Assembly: GCA_046483495.1 (NCBI GenBank)
Contig: JAWODC010000070.1
Span: 93,558 to 157,557, forward strand
Source: Desulfobacterales bacterium
Lineage (GTDB): Bacteria; Desulfobacterota; Desulfobacteria; Desulfobacterales; UBA5616
Direction: 5' to 3'
DNA length: 64,000 nt
Position 1 is the first letter of the stretch. Each line of letters opens with the position of its first letter. The position numbers were made by a program, and so were the translations under genes. Below the pieces are notes generated by a model. That model saw nothing but the letters and a program-made list of their open reading frames with translations. It ran no database searches and had not been told where the DNA came from. Shown here piece by piece: positions 27,820 to 39,234 of this stretch.

Positions 27820-28283
27820 TGAGGTGTCCCTACTGCAGCGAAATCGACAATAGAGTGATCGATTCGAGATTGAGCAAGGATGGAGGGGCCATACGCAGGC
27901 GGCGGGAATGTCTCAAATGCGAAAGGCGCTTTACTACGTATGAGCAGATCGAGGAAATGCCGCTCATGATCGTCAAGAAAGACGGCCGCCGTGAAGTCTT
28001 CAGCCGTGAAAAGGTGTTTTCCGGATTGATCAAAGCCTGCGAGAAGCGCAACATCAGCGTGAACAGCATCGAGGCTTTTTTGGACAAGCTCGAGCATGAT
28101 TTGAAGGAATTGGGTGAAAAAGAAATCCCCTCCTCGGCGATAGGTGAAAAGGTTATCCATTGGCTGCAAGGCATCGATGATGTCGCCTACGTCCGGTTTG
28201 CATCGGTGTACCGGGAATTTAAGGATGTCAATGATTTTTTGGCGGAGCTGAAAAGCCTGCTTACCGATCAGAAATCCAAATGA
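27819..28283 (+). CDS. nrdR: Transcriptional repressor NrdR
   Basis: CPYC, IRRRREC..C..RFTTYE, ATP cone, AYVRFASVY. Confidence 0.97.
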   Translation: MRCPYCSEIDNRVIDSRLSKDGGAIRRRRECLKCERRFTTYEQIEEMPLMIVKKDGRREVFSREKVFSGLIKACEKRNISVNSIEAFLDKLEHDLKELGEKEIPSSAIGEKVIHWLQGIDDVAYVRFASVYREFKDVNDFLAELKSLLTDQKSK

Positions 28284-29407
28284 ACCACGACGACAGACAT
28301 TACATGAAAACGGCTTTGGCCCTCGCCGAAAAGGGCCTGGGATATACGTCGCCCAACCCCATGGTGGGAGCGGTGCTGGTAAAAGGGGGCCGGATAATCG
28401 GAAAAGGGTACCACGAGTTTGTGGGAGGGCCGCATGCGGAAATCAATGCGATCGCTCATGCCGGGGAAGATCTTCGCGGAGCGGTTTTGTACGTCACCCT
28501 CGAACCGTGCAATCATACCGGCAGAACCGGGCCCTGCACGGAAAAAATAGTGTCTTCCGGCATCGGTCGGGTGGTCACGGCGATGAAAGATCCAAATCCC
28601 ACTGTCGCGGGCAATGGAAATGATTACCTGAGGCGGCGGGGAGTGGCGGTGACCGAAGGGGTCTGCCGAAAGGAAGCCGAACGGTTGAACGAGGCCTTCA
28701 TTAAGTTCGTCCATACGCGGCGGCCCTTCGTGACGTTGAAATGCGCCGCCACACTGGACGGCCGAATTGCCACCCGAACCGGCGATTCCAAGTGGATCAG
28801 CAATGCCGTGTCCCGGGAGTATGTACATCGGCTTCGCCATGCAGCCGATGCCATCATGGTGGGCATCGGGACGGTGGTCCTGGACAATCCGAGCCTGACC
28901 ACCCGGTTAAAAGACGGGATAAACGGCAGAAAAGGCCGTGATCCGATTCGAATTATTCTGGATTCGAGCCTGAGTATCGACGAAAATGCCACCGTGCTGA
29001 CCGTTCCTTACGAAGCCCCGGCGGTATTGGTGATCCAAGGCGAGCGTCTGAATGACGAAAAGCGGCGCAAACGGGATCGGCTTGCAAAAAGGGGCATTCG
29101 CTTCATCGATATCCCAATGAAGGGTGACCGAATGGATCTCGATGTGCTGATGGACCGGCTGGGGGAGATGAACATTATGACCCTGCTGGTCGAAGGAGGG
29201 AGCCGGATTATCCAATCGGCGCTCTCTGAAAACATCATCGACAAGGTTATGTTTTTTTACGGGCCGAAGCTTCTCGGCGGAAATGACGGCATTCCCATGA
29301 TTGCCGGAAATGGGCCTGAGAAGATGGCCGACTGCATTCGGATCAGGGATATTCAGGTGCGACGGTTCGGGGATGATATCATGGTGTCGGGATATCCTGT
29401 TCATTGA
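28280..29407 (+). CDS. ribD: Riboflavin biosynthesis deaminase/reductase
   Basis: PNPMVG, HAE, TLEPCNH..RTGPC, DNPSLT, VEGG. Confidence 0.96.
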   Translation: MNHDDRHYMKTALALAEKGLGYTSPNPMVGAVLVKGGRIIGKGYHEFVGGPHAEINAIAHAGEDLRGAVLYVTLEPCNHTGRTGPCTEKIVSSGIGRVVTAMKDPNPTVAGNGNDYLRRRGVAVTEGVCRKEAERLNEAFIKFVHTRRPFVTLKCAATLDGRIATRTGDSKWISNAVSREYVHRLRHAADAIMVGIGTVVLDNPSLTTRLKDGINGRKGRDPIRIILDSSLSIDENATVLTVPYEAPAVLVIQGERLNDEKRRKRDRLAKRGIRFIDIPMKGDRMDLDVLMDRLGEMNIMTLLVEGGSRIIQSALSENIIDKVMFFYGPKLLGGNDGIPMIAGNGPEKMADCIRIRDIQVRRFGDDIMVSGYPVH

Positions 29408-29493
29408 AATATTCGAGGCGATGGTTATATTGAGAAAAACTTCGATTGGGGAAGTTCGTTACAGCCGAAAAACGGCATAGAGCAAACAAACAC

Positions 29494-30150
29494 ATGTTTA
29501 CAGGAATCATTGAAGGATTGGGGCTTGTCGGCCGGGTGATGCAATCGGAGAACCGAATCCGGCTGACAATCGAGTCCGAGTTTAAACTGGAAGGGACGAA
29601 AATCGGCGACAGCATCGCCGTTAACGGGGCATGTCTGACCATCGTCGGCCTGGGTTCAAAGCAATTCGAAGCGGATGTATCGCCTGAAACACTCGCTCGG
29701 ACCACTTTCAGCCGGATTCGTACCGGAGAGCGGGTGAATCTCGAGCGGGCGCTGCGTCTCTCCGACCGGCTCGATGGACATATCGTTTCCGGGCATATTG
29801 ACGGTGTGGGTGTGATGGAAGGCAAACATGCCGTCGGAAGTGCAACGATCGTCCATTTCACTTCCCCGCCTGAACTGAACCGGTACATGATTGAAAAAGG
29901 ATCCGTGGCGGTTGACGGCATCAGCTTGACCATCAACACATGTGATGACAAGGGCTTCAGTGTGACCATCATACCGCATACGGCAGGCGTCACCACCGTC
30001 GGGTTCAAAAATGCGGGAGACCGGGTGAATATCGAAACGGATATGATTGGAAAATACGTGGAACGGTTTTTGGCCAAACAGGATCGAGCGAAAGCGGCTC
30101 AGACACCCACTCTTGACCGGGAGTTTCTGGCAAAAGCCGGCTTTATATAA
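29494..30150 (+). CDS. ribE: Riboflavin synthase (alpha)
   Basis: MFTGII start, GDSIAVNGACLT, GHIVSGHID. Confidence 0.96.
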   Translation: MFTGIIEGLGLVGRVMQSENRIRLTIESEFKLEGTKIGDSIAVNGACLTIVGLGSKQFEADVSPETLARTTFSRIRTGERVNLERALRLSDRLDGHIVSGHIDGVGVMEGKHAVGSATIVHFTSPPELNRYMIEKGSVAVDGISLTINTCDDKGFSVTIIPHTAGVTTVGFKNAGDRVNIETDMIGKYVERFLAKQDRAKAAQTPTLDREFLAKAGFI

Positions 30151-30213
30151 ATTCGATCAGCCGCCTTTCCGAATGAATATTTGAGTCACATTCAAAAAAG
30201 GAGAAATTAAAAA

Positions 30214-31428
30214 ATGCCATTGATAACCATCGAGGAGGCCATAGAAGACATCAAGAACGGCAAGATGGTCATTCTGGTCGATGATGAAGACCGCGAGAAC
30301 GAGGGCGACCTCACTGTGGCGGCTGAAAAAATAACCCCTGAAATCATCAACTTCATGGCAAAATACGGCCGCGGTTTGATCTGCCTTTCTCTGACCGGAG
30401 ATAAATGCGACCAACTGGATCTGCCGTTGATGGTGGATCATAATACGTCCAAATTTACCACCGGTTTCACCGTGTCCATTGAAGCCCGGCGTGGCGTGAC
30501 AACGGGGATTTCGGCTTACGACCGTGCCACGACGATACGTACTGCGATTGCGCCGGACGCCAAACCGTCCGATCTCGACAGGCCGGGCCATATTTTCCCG
30601 CTGCGGGCGAGAAGAGGCGGCGTTATCGTCCGGTCCGGTCAAACCGAAGGGTCCGTCGATCTGGCGCGCCTGGCGGGGTTGACCCCCGCCGGAGTGATCT
30701 GTGAGGTTATGGACGACGACGGCAGCATGGCCCGAATGCCGTCGCTTGAAGAATTCAGCAAAACGCACGGCATCGGCATCTGCACCATTGCCGATTTGAT
30801 CGAATACCGGATGCGTACGGAATCGTTCGTTCACCGGGCCGCGGAAACGGTGATTCCTACAAGCATCGCGGGCGATTTCAAGGCGATTATCTATGAAAAT
30901 GACGTGGATGATCTTCTTCACATCGCCCTGATAAAAGGAGACGTCGATCCTGACACCCCCATGCTTGTCCGCGTTCACTCGGAATGCCTGACCGGCGATA
31001 TTTTCGGCTCCCTCAGGTGCGACTGCGGAGATCAGCTGCATCAGGCCATGCGAATGATGGATGAAGAAGGATCGGGTGTTCTGCTGTATATTCGGCAGGA
31101 AGGCCGGGGGATCGGCCTGGTGAACAAACTGAAGGCCTATGCTCTGCAGGATCAGGGAATGGACACGGTGGAGGCCAATGAAAAGCTTGGATTTCAAGCC
31201 GATTTACGAAATTACGGCATCGGCGCCCAAATTTTGGTGGATTTAGGCGTTCGCAAGATGCGGATCTTGACCAACAACCCCAAAAAGATCGTGGGGCTCG
31301 AGGGGTATAAGCTCCAGATTGTCGAGCAGGTTCCCATCGAAATCGAACCCAATTCATGCAATATCAAGTACCTGGAATGCAAACAGCGGAAAATGGGGCA
31401 CTTGCTGCATTTTGACAAAACCCCATAA
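30214..31428 (+). CDS. ribBA: DHBP synthase / GTP cyclohydrolase II
   Basis: [32 protein letters not shown]. Confidence 0.97.
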   Translation: MPLITIEEAIEDIKNGKMVILVDDEDRENEGDLTVAAEKITPEIINFMAKYGRGLICLSLTGDKCDQLDLPLMVDHNTSKFTTGFTVSIEARRGVTTGISAYDRATTIRTAIAPDAKPSDLDRPGHIFPLRARRGGVIVRSGQTEGSVDLARLAGLTPAGVICEVMDDDGSMARMPSLEEFSKTHGIGICTIADLIEYRMRTESFVHRAAETVIPTSIAGDFKAIIYENDVDDLLHIALIKGDVDPDTPMLVRVHSECLTGDIFGSLRCDCGDQLHQAMRMMDEEGSGVLLYIRQEGRGIGLVNKLKAYALQDQGMDTVEANEKLGFQADLRNYGIGAQILVDLGVRKMRILTNNPKKIVGLEGYKLQIVEQVPIEIEPNSCNIKYLECKQRKMGHLLHFDKTP

Positions 31429-31466
31429 GAGCGGCATAATGGCGACCGTAAAGAAGGAGAAAATTC

Positions 31467-31940
31467 ATGCCCAAATACATCGAAGGACAACTGAATGCCA
31501 AGGACAAAAAATTTGCCGTGGTGGCCGGCCGTTTCAATGATTTCATAACCGACAAGCTGGTGGGCGGCGCTCTCGATGCCTTGATTCGGGCCGGTGCAAA
31601 GCATGAGGATATCGACATCGTAAAAGTTCCGGGAGCCTTTGAAATTCCACTGATTGCAAAAAAACTCGCCGGCAAGAAAAAACATGACGCGATCATCTGT
31701 CTGGGGGCCGTTATACGCGGCGCCACCCCCCATTTCGATTATGTGAGCGCAGAAGTGTCAAAAGGCGTTGCCGCCGTAGGCTTGGAAGCTGAAGTGCCGG
31801 TTATTTTCGGCATACTGACCACCGACTCCATAGAGCAGGCGATCGAACGTGCCGGGACGAAATCCGGGAACAAGGGATGGGATGCCGCGGTTTCGGCGAT
31901 TGAAATGGCCAACCTGATGGGAGCCGTTGATCGGTTGTAA
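31467..31940 (+). CDS. ribH: 6,7-dimethyl-8-ribityllumazine synthase
   Basis: [23 protein letters not shown]. Confidence 0.97.
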   Translation: MPKYIEGQLNAKDKKFAVVAGRFNDFITDKLVGGALDALIRAGAKHEDIDIVKVPGAFEIPLIAKKLAGKKKHDAIICLGAVIRGATPHFDYVSAEVSKGVAAVGLEAEVPVIFGILTTDSIEQAIERAGTKSGNKGWDAAVSAIEMANLMGAVDRL

Positions 31941-31942
31941 TT

Positions 31943-32443
31943 ATGGGATATCGGCGACGGTCAAGAGAGCTTGCCATGCAAGCGCTGTTTTACATGGACA
32001 TGCGACATGACCACGGCATGGAAATGATGGATTATTTTTGTCTGAATTTCGGTCCTTCGAAAAACGTACGCCCGTTTTTATTGACGCTGGTTCAAGGGGT
32101 TATCGAACATAAAGAGGACATCGACCATATCATCGAAAAATTTTCCAGCAATTGGAAGGTCAGTCGAATGGCCTGTGTTGATCGAAACATTATACGCATC
32201 GCCGCATATGAGATGCTGTTTTTGAAGGACATTCCTCAAAAGGTATCCATAAACGAGGCCATCGACATCGCAAAAAAATACGGAACCGAGGAATCGGGGG
32301 CATTTATCAACGGCATTTTAGACAGCATCCGCAAAGAGATGGAATCCGGAGATATCCGGATGGACAATCCCGGGCAGGTGATGTTTTCATCGAAAAACGG
32401 CGAACAGCCGGCAGGGGAAAACGAGGTTTCCAAACCCCTGTAA
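31943..32443 (+). CDS. nusB: Transcription antitermination factor NusB
   Basis: RRRSRELAMQALF, DRNIIR, INEAIDIAKKY, FINGILD. Confidence 0.95.
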   Translation: MGYRRRSRELAMQALFYMDMRHDHGMEMMDYFCLNFGPSKNVRPFLLTLVQGVIEHKEDIDHIIEKFSSNWKVSRMACVDRNIIRIAAYEMLFLKDIPQKVSINEAIDIAKKYGTEESGAFINGILDSIRKEMESGDIRMDNPGQVMFSSKNGEQPAGENEVSKPL

Positions 32444-32452
32444 AGGACAAGC

Positions 32453-32731
32453 ATGGATCCGGAAAAGAAACAATTGGTTCGACGGTGCCCCCGATTGGGG
32501 GGGCCGGTTTCCTTCGAATACTGCCGGGATACGGCCGGTGAAGGGCAGCCGTGCTGGAAAATTCTGGAGTGTTGGTGGGAAATTTTTGACGTGTCCGCCT
32601 ATTTGAGAAGCCGGATGTCCGAAGAGGCATTCAATCGCCTTATTTCTACCCGGCCGAAACCGAAAATCACCAGTTTGCTGGAGATCATTGAAAAGGCAAA
32701 ACAGAACGTTCGATCTCAGGAGGAATCGTGA
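32453..32731 (+). CDS. Conserved Cys-rich hypothetical protein
   Basis: RRCPRLGGPV.F.YC...PC.KILECW; RBS present; 4-nt overlap with the next gene. Confidence 0.75.
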   Translation: MDPEKKQLVRRCPRLGGPVSFEYCRDTAGEGQPCWKILECWWEIFDVSAYLRSRMSEEAFNRLISTRPKPKITSLLEIIEKAKQNVRSQEES

Positions 32732-33360
32732 TCATTAAATCCTTAACCGTGGGCCCGATTATGGCCAACTGCTATATTGTCGGATGTGAACGAACAAAAC
32801 ATGCCGCAGTTATCGATCCGGGTGATGAAGCTGCACGGATTCTAACCACCCTTTCCGAATCGCGGCTGACGTTAACCTATATTCTGAACACGCATGGTCA
32901 TTTCGATCATGTCGGCGCGAATAAACCGTTGAAGGATGCCACCGGTGCGCAGATCCTCATTCACGAAGCCGACGCACCGATGCTGACCCATATTTCGGCA
33001 ATGGCGGCCGGTATGGGCATGTCCATTGAAAATTCTCCGCCGCCGGATCGAACTCTTTCGGATGGTGATGCGATTTCAGTGGGAGACATCGTGCTGACCG
33101 TCATCCACACGCCGGGCCATTCGCCGGGTGGGGTGTCGTTTTACACGGACGGGGTCGTCTTCGCCGGTGATACCCTGTTTGCCGGTTCCGTCGGAAGGAC
33201 GGATTTTCCCGGCGGGGATTTCAACCTGCTCAAAAACAGCATACAGAAAAGGTTGTTTGCGCTCGAAGATCATGTTGTCGTCTATCCCGGCCACATGGGC
33301 GAAACCACCATCGGGATGGAAAAGAAGTACAATCCGTTCGTGGGCCTCGGCGGATTTTAG
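32728..33360 (+). CDS. MBL-fold metallo-hydrolase (glyoxalase II-like)
   Basis: THGHFDHVG, HTPGHSPG, GDTLF, PGH. Confidence 0.93.
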   Translation: MIIKSLTVGPIMANCYIVGCERTKHAAVIDPGDEAARILTTLSESRLTLTYILNTHGHFDHVGANKPLKDATGAQILIHEADAPMLTHISAMAAGMGMSIENSPPPDRTLSDGDAISVGDIVLTVIHTPGHSPGGVSFYTDGVVFAGDTLFAGSVGRTDFPGGDFNLLKNSIQKRLFALEDHVVVYPGHMGETTIGMEKKYNPFVGLGGF

Positions 33361-33389
33361 AGCTGAAGTGCCGGTTGAAACCGGTTGAA

Positions 33390-33824
33390 CTAAAAAGCGC
33401 CGAGCTGACACGGCTTTATTTTTATGCCAAGTGTTTCGCAGGCGCTGCTCACCGCTATTTTGGAAACTTTCCGTTCCGATGCAATTCGCCATGCCTCCCT
33501 GCATGACAGCCGGCTGTCACCTGCTGCGCTCCTGATGGCATCAGCCACGTTTCGGTCCACGTTTTCATCGGGATGAATGATTTTTTTCCGGTCCTTGTAT
33601 CCGAAGAGGCCTAGCTGACACTTGGTCAGGCGGATGTTCAAGAGGTCCAATGCGATACCCACTTCTTTGGGCGAAACACCGGTTTTTTCGGCAATGGCGA
33701 ATGCGACGGCGCAGGGAATTTCATTGTTTTTTACGCGGCGCTGAATTTCCGACGCAACGGCGGAATCGGGTTTTTTATCGGCCGGATGCTTTTTCGAAAA
33801 GTCGGTTGTATGTTCCGATGCCAT
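33390..33824 (-). CDS. Hypothetical protein with two tandem C...CQLGxF repeats
   Basis: IPCAVAFAIA...CQLGLF and LSCREAWRIA...CQLGAF; AGGAGG RBS. Confidence 0.8.
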   Translation of the reverse strand: MASEHTTDFSKKHPADKKPDSAVASEIQRRVKNNEIPCAVAFAIAEKTGVSPKEVGIALDLLNIRLTKCQLGLFGYKDRKKIIHPDENVDRNVADAIRSAAGDSRLSCREAWRIASERKVSKIAVSSACETLGIKIKPCQLGAF

Positions 33825-34055
33825 TTACTATCCCTCCTTGTCGGCTGACGGCGGTTCAATGGTGCCCGGCAGACCTGTATATGGTTTACGTCAGCACGAC
33901 GGGTGATGAACCCGGCATGAAAAAAGTCATTTTAAATTAAGTTGATCAAAAATACAGGGTTTGTTAATTTGTAAGCTTTTCATGACAAATACCACATTTA
34001 CGATAGAAATTGCAATTGATCCAATTGATCCCGAAAAACGGCGGATGAAAAGCGG

Positions 34056-35138
34056 ATGACGATCACTCGAAGAAAAACGCGTCGGATTGTTGTCGGAACT
34101 GCACCGGTCGGCGGATCAGCGCCCATTACCGTGCAGTCCATGACCAACACGCCGACGGATGATATCGAAGCGACCGTTTCCCAGATTAAGCGGCTTACGG
34201 CCGCCGGATGCGAAATCATTCGAATCGCCGTGCCGGATGACGCTGCCGCCCGCAGTCTTCGGGCCATCAAAGCGAGCATCGATATTCCCCTGATTGCCGA
34301 TATTCATTTTGATTACCGATTGGCCGTTGCATCCATCGAGGCCGGGGCGGACGGCATTCGTATCAACCCGGGAAATATCGGCGGTGCCAAAAACATCAAA
34401 AAGGTGACCGATGCCGCATCGCAGCACGATGTGGCCATTCGCATCGGCGTCAATGCCGGCTCGCTGGAGAAAGACCTGCTGAAAACATATGGGCGCGCCA
34501 CCGCGGAAGCCATGGTGAAGAGCGCTGTTCGGCATATCCGGCAGTTTGAATCGTTTGGCTTTGACCGGATGAAGGTAAGCATCAAATCCTCGGATGTGAT
34601 GACCACGGTGGATGCCTACCGCATGCTGTCCTCCCAAACCGATTACCCGATGCATGTCGGTGTGACGGAGGCCGGCTCGCTCTATTCCGGTGTGGTCAAA
34701 TCTTCGATCGGTATCGGGATGCTCCTGGCCCAGGGTATCGGCGACACCATCCGGGTTTCACTGACTCGGGATCCGGTCGAGGAGGTAAGGGTCGGTTTTG
34801 AAATTTTGAAGGCCTTGGGAATCCGGCGGGTCGGGCCGGAGATTGTCTCCTGCCCCACCTGCGGCCGCTGCCGTATCGATCTGTTTACTATCGTTGAACA
34901 GGTTGAAAAACGCCTGTTGACGTGCAGGCTGCCGATCAAAATCGCCGTCATGGGTTGTGTCGTGAACGGACCCGGAGAAGCCCGTGAGGCGGACATCGGT
35001 ATTGCAGGAGGTGACGGCCTCGGCATTTTATTTTCGAGTGGAAAGGTGATCAAAAAGTTTCCCGAGGATCAACTCGTGGAAGTCCTGATCAAAGAAGTGG
35101 AGAACCTGGAAAGGAATCGTCGACAGCATGAAACGTAA
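34056..35138 (+). CDS. ispG: HMB-PP synthase
   Basis: VQSMTNT, ADIHF, RINPGN, CPTCGR, MGCVVNGPGE. Confidence 0.97.
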   Translation: MTITRRKTRRIVVGTAPVGGSAPITVQSMTNTPTDDIEATVSQIKRLTAAGCEIIRIAVPDDAAARSLRAIKASIDIPLIADIHFDYRLAVASIEAGADGIRINPGNIGGAKNIKKVTDAASQHDVAIRIGVNAGSLEKDLLKTYGRATAEAMVKSAVRHIRQFESFGFDRMKVSIKSSDVMTTVDAYRMLSSQTDYPMHVGVTEAGSLYSGVVKSSIGIGMLLAQGIGDTIRVSLTRDPVEEVRVGFEILKALGIRRVGPEIVSCPTCGRCRIDLFTIVEQVEKRLLTCRLPIKIAVMGCVVNGPGEAREADIGIAGGDGLGILFSSGKVIKKFPEDQLVEVLIKEVENLERNRRQHET

Positions 35139-36651
35139 AGAAAAGACGGCTATTTCGCCGACGCGGGAAGAGGACTATCCGGAATGGTATCAGCAGGTCA
35201 TCAAGGCCGCGGATCTGGCGGAGCATTCACCGGTCAGGGGCTGCATGGTCATCAAGCCGTGGGGATATGCGGTGTGGGAAAATATTCGCGAGACGCTGGA
35301 TGCCATGTTCAAATCGACGGCCGTGAAAAATGCGTATTTCCCGGTATTTATTCCATTGAGCTTTCTGGAAAAGGAAGCGGAGCACGTGGAAGGGTTTGCA
35401 AAGGAATGCGCCGTGGTCACCCATCACCGCCTCGAGCAGAAAATGGAGGGGGTCGGTCTTGAGCCCGCAGGTCCATTGGCCGAGCCCCTGATCGTCCGGC
35501 CCACCTCGGAAACAATTATCGGGGATGCCTTTTCAAAATGGATTTCCAGTTACCGGGATCTGCCGGTGCTGATCAATCAATGGGCCAATGTCGTGCGATG
35601 GGAAATGCGAACGCGGCTATTTTTGAGAACCAGCGAGTTTTTGTGGCAGGAGGGCCACACCGCCCATGATTCCGAAGCCGAAGCGGTTGAACGGACGCAT
35701 CTGATGCTCGATATTTACACGCGACTGGCCGAGGAGTATCTCGCCATGCCCGTGATAAAAGGCAGAAAGACGCCCGCCGAACGGTTTCCCGGAGCAGTCG
35801 ACACCATGTGCATCGAAGCGATGATGCAGGACAGAAAAGCTCTCCAGGCGGGCACTTCCCATTTTTTGGGCCAAAATTTCGCCAGGGCTTCCGGCATCAC
35901 GTTTCAAAGCGCAAAGGAAACCGAGGAGTATGCATGGACCACATCCTGGGGGGTTTCCACCCGCCTTATCGGCGGATTGATCATGACGCATGGCGATGAT
36001 GACGGGATGATTCTGCCGCCTAAAATCGCGTCGGCCCATGTCGTGTTGCTGCCGATCTTTCGAACACCGGATGACCGGGCCCGGGTTATGGCATATGTGT
36101 CGGCGCTTGAAAAAGAGCTGTCCGACCAGGCGTACAACGGCGGGAAAATCAAGGTGGAAGTCGATACGCGGGAAATCGGCGGGGCTCGAAATTGGGAATG
36201 GATTAAAAAGGGAATTCCCCTGCGCGTGGAGATCGGGCCCCGGGATATCGCCGAAGACAGCGTCTTTATGGGGCGGCGGGACCAAAAGCCCGCGGACAGG
36301 GTTTCCATGAAACGGCGGCGGTTTTTAGAGGAAGTGCCCGCCATTCTGGACGACGTGCAAAAAACGCTGTTTGAACGGGCCCTCGCATTTCAGAAAGCGC
36401 ATACCCGGATATTCGAAAACGAAGAAGATTTCAGGGCTTTTTTCGAGCCGCGGGATAAGGAACGGCCTGAAATCCACGGCGGGTTTGCCCAAAGCTGTTG
36501 GTGCGGTTCCCAGGCCTGTGAACTGCGGCTGAAGGACGAATTGGGTGTCACCATTCGCTGCATCCCGTTGATCCGGGACGATAAACCCGGAAACTGCATC
36601 GTGTGCGGCCGGGAAAGCCGAAAGAGGGTTGTATTTGCAAAAGCCTATTGA
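35128..36651 (+). CDS. proS: Proline--tRNA ligase, archaeal/eukaryotic-like type
   Basis: VRPTSET, NVVRWE, EFLWQEGHT, C-terminal FAKAY; no INS editing domain evident. Confidence 0.95.
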   Translation: MKRKEKTAISPTREEDYPEWYQQVIKAADLAEHSPVRGCMVIKPWGYAVWENIRETLDAMFKSTAVKNAYFPVFIPLSFLEKEAEHVEGFAKECAVVTHHRLEQKMEGVGLEPAGPLAEPLIVRPTSETIIGDAFSKWISSYRDLPVLINQWANVVRWEMRTRLFLRTSEFLWQEGHTAHDSEAEAVERTHLMLDIYTRLAEEYLAMPVIKGRKTPAERFPGAVDTMCIEAMMQDRKALQAGTSHFLGQNFARASGITFQSAKETEEYAWTTSWGVSTRLIGGLIMTHGDDDGMILPPKIASAHVVLLPIFRTPDDRARVMAYVSALEKELSDQAYNGGKIKVEVDTREIGGARNWEWIKKGIPLRVEIGPRDIAEDSVFMGRRDQKPADRVSMKRRRFLEEVPAILDDVQKTLFERALAFQKAHTRIFENEEDFRAFFEPRDKERPEIHGGFAQSCWCGSQACELRLKDELGVTIRCIPLIRDDKPGNCIVCGRESRKRVVFAKAY

Positions 36652-36699
36652 TGTGCCGGCGGGTTCGGCATTTGATTCACAATTGTCGGAAAAGCCGTT

Positions 36700-38838
36700 A
36701 TGATACGAATTAACGACATTATCGACAAAGTCAGCGAAGTGCATCCTGACGCGGATCTGGAAATTATCGAACGCGCCTATATTTACTCCGCCAGGGTGCA
36801 TGACGGACAGGTTCGGCTTTCCGGTGAACCCTATCTATCGCACCCCCTGGAGGTTGCCTATATTCTCGCCGATATGAATATGGACAGCGTCAGTATCGCC
36901 GCGGCGCTTCTCCATGATGTCATTGAAGACACCCATGCCGAACCGGAGGACATCAAAAAGATGTTCGGCGACGAGGTGCTGCACATTGTCTCCGGCGTCA
37001 CCAAGTTGAGCATTCTCAAATTCGACAGTTCCCAGGAGCGCCAGGCCGAGAGCATACGCAAAATGCTGTTGGCCATGGCCGATGATATACGCGTAATCCT
37101 GATCAAATTGTCAGACCGGCTGCACAACATGAGGACGCTTCAGTATCAAAAGCGCCACAAACAAAAGACCATCGCCCAGGAAACCCTGGACATCTATGCA
37201 CCGCTGGCCGCCCGGCTCGGGATTTACTGGATTAAAAAAGAGCTTGAAGACATTTCCTTCAAATATTTGATGCCCGAGGAATATGAAAACCTGAAGTCCC
37301 TGGTCAATGCTGACAAAGAAGAGCGGGAGAGCTATGTCCAAACGGTAAAAACATTTCTCAAGGAGAAAATGAACGATCATCACCTGCCCGGTGAGGTGTT
37401 GGGACGCTACAAGCATTTTTACAGCATTTACCACAAAATGGTGACCCAGAATCTGGCCTTCGAGGAAGTGTATGACCTTATCGCCTTCCGCATTATCCTC
37501 GAAACCGTCACCCAGTGCTACGAGGCGCTGGGCATGGTCCATGCGCTGTGGAAGCCTGTACCGAAGAAATTCAAGGATTATATCGGCGTACCCAAACCCA
37601 ACATGTACCAGTCTTTGCATACGACGGTTATCGGCCCCTACGGCGAAAGAATGGAAATTCAAATTCGGACCCGGGAAATGGATCGCGTGGCTGCATCCGG
37701 TATTGCAGCCCACTGGGGTTACAAGGAAGGAAAACAGGTGGACGAAAAGGCCACCCAGACGTTTTCATGGCTTCAAAACATCATCGAAAATCAGGAAAAC
37801 ATTCGAGACCCGAATGAGTTTTTGGAAAATGTCAGGATCGATTTGTTCCCCGAAGACGTGTATGTGTTCACCCCGAGAGGCGAGATTAAAACCCTGCCAA
37901 GGGGCGCCACGCCCGTGGATTTTGCCTATTTGATCCATTCGGAAGTGGGAAACCAGTGTGTCGGCGCCAAGGTCGACGGCAAAATGGTTCCGTTGAAATA
38001 TGAGCTTCAGACCGGCAACATCGTAGAAATTCTGACGGCGAAAAACCATCATCCGAGCAAAGACTGGCTGAATTTTGTAAAAACGGTAAAAGCCCGCTCC
38101 CGAATTCGCCAATGGATCAAAACCCAGGAAAAAGAACGGAGCCTTACCCTGGGGCGCGAGATGTGCGAAAAGGCGTTTCGCAAATACCAGATGAACTTCA
38201 ACCAACTCATTCGATCCGAAAAAATGAACGAGGTGGTCGAACAGCTGAACTTCAAGAATGTGGAGGACCTGATTGTCAGCGTGGGTTATGGGAAAACTAC
38301 GCCGCTTCAGGTTCTGGGGAAATTTATCGAAAAGCCCGGTGAAGACGGCGAAACCATTTTCACGAAATTGATGGGCCGGGTGAGAAAGAAAAAGCCGAGA
38401 TCCGGCGTGCTGGTCAAGGGGATGGATGATATTTTAATCCGATTCGGAAAGTGCTGCGGGCCGGTTCCCGGTGATCCCATCATCGGTTATATTACACAGG
38501 GATACGGCGTCACGATTCATCGGACCAACTGCAGAAATGCGCTGAAAATGAACCCCGAGCGGCAAGTGGATGTCGATTGGGATGAACGCCGGGATGAAAC
38601 GTATCCGGTAAAGGCGCATATCCGGGCGCTCGACAGGGTGGGACTGCTGGCGGATATTGCCGCCACGATCAGCAAGAATGAAGCCAACATCCAGGATGTC
38701 AACACCAAAACCCGGGTAAACAAGACCGTGGAAATATTTTTAACGCTTGCCGTGGCGGACGTAAATCATTTAGAGCGGGTGATCGCATCCTTGAGAAAAG
38801 TGAAGTATGTTCAGGATGTCCACCGGCTCGACACCTAA
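36700..38838 (+). CDS. relA: Bifunctional (p)ppGpp synthetase/hydrolase (long RSH)
   Basis: Intact HD motif (LLHDVIED), YQSLHT, EIQIRT, TGS, CC and ACT regions. Confidence 0.95.
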   Translation: MIRINDIIDKVSEVHPDADLEIIERAYIYSARVHDGQVRLSGEPYLSHPLEVAYILADMNMDSVSIAAALLHDVIEDTHAEPEDIKKMFGDEVLHIVSGVTKLSILKFDSSQERQAESIRKMLLAMADDIRVILIKLSDRLHNMRTLQYQKRHKQKTIAQETLDIYAPLAARLGIYWIKKELEDISFKYLMPEEYENLKSLVNADKEERESYVQTVKTFLKEKMNDHHLPGEVLGRYKHFYSIYHKMVTQNLAFEEVYDLIAFRIILETVTQCYEALGMVHALWKPVPKKFKDYIGVPKPNMYQSLHTTVIGPYGERMEIQIRTREMDRVAASGIAAHWGYKEGKQVDEKATQTFSWLQNIIENQENIRDPNEFLENVRIDLFPEDVYVFTPRGEIKTLPRGATPVDFAYLIHSEVGNQCVGAKVDGKMVPLKYELQTGNIVEILTAKNHHPSKDWLNFVKTVKARSRIRQWIKTQEKERSLTLGREMCEKAFRKYQMNFNQLIRSEKMNEVVEQLNFKNVEDLIVSVGYGKTTPLQVLGKFIEKPGEDGETIFTKLMGRVRKKKPRSGVLVKGMDDILIRFGKCCGPVPGDPIIGYITQGYGVTIHRTNCRNALKMNPERQVDVDWDERRDETYPVKAHIRALDRVGLLADIAATISKNEANIQDVNTKTRVNKTVEIFLTLAVADVNHLERVIASLRKVKYVQDVHRLDT

Positions 38839-39026
38839 CCCCCCTTTACCACATAACCGGATTTGATGCAGTTGGTGCAGACAACCATCCGTTTAACCCG
38901 TCCGTTTTGAACGGCTCTCACCTTTTGCAGATTCGGATTGAACCGCCGCTTCGTCACATTATGCGCATGGCTGATATTGTGGCCGACCATGGGCCTTTTT
39001 CCACATATTTCACATATCTTAGACAT
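38835..39026 (-). CDS. rpmB: 50S ribosomal protein L28
   Basis: [10 protein letters not shown]...[15 protein letters not shown]...CTNCIK. Confidence 0.96.
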   Translation of the reverse strand: MSKICEICGKRPMVGHNISHAHNVTKRRFNPNLQKVRAVQNGRVKRMVVCTNCIKSGYVVKGG

Positions 39027-39234
39027 AACAATACCCTCTTTACAATCGTGATGTATGGATCGACACGGTATTTTCTTCAACGAAAAACCCGGCGCAACGC
39101 AAACAGCACCGGGAATTTCAAAATCATACTTTTTACACCGATCTTCGGCCGGTGTAAAGGTTTTTTTACGAGCTAAGGTGTAACAATTGAAGTAAGAGTC
39201 TTATCTGAATGGTTCATGTATGCATAATCGAACC

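Noticed and set aside
28200..29493. FMN riboswitch for the rib genes
   Set aside because: ribD is translationally coupled to nrdR and no RFN consensus is visible in the spacers
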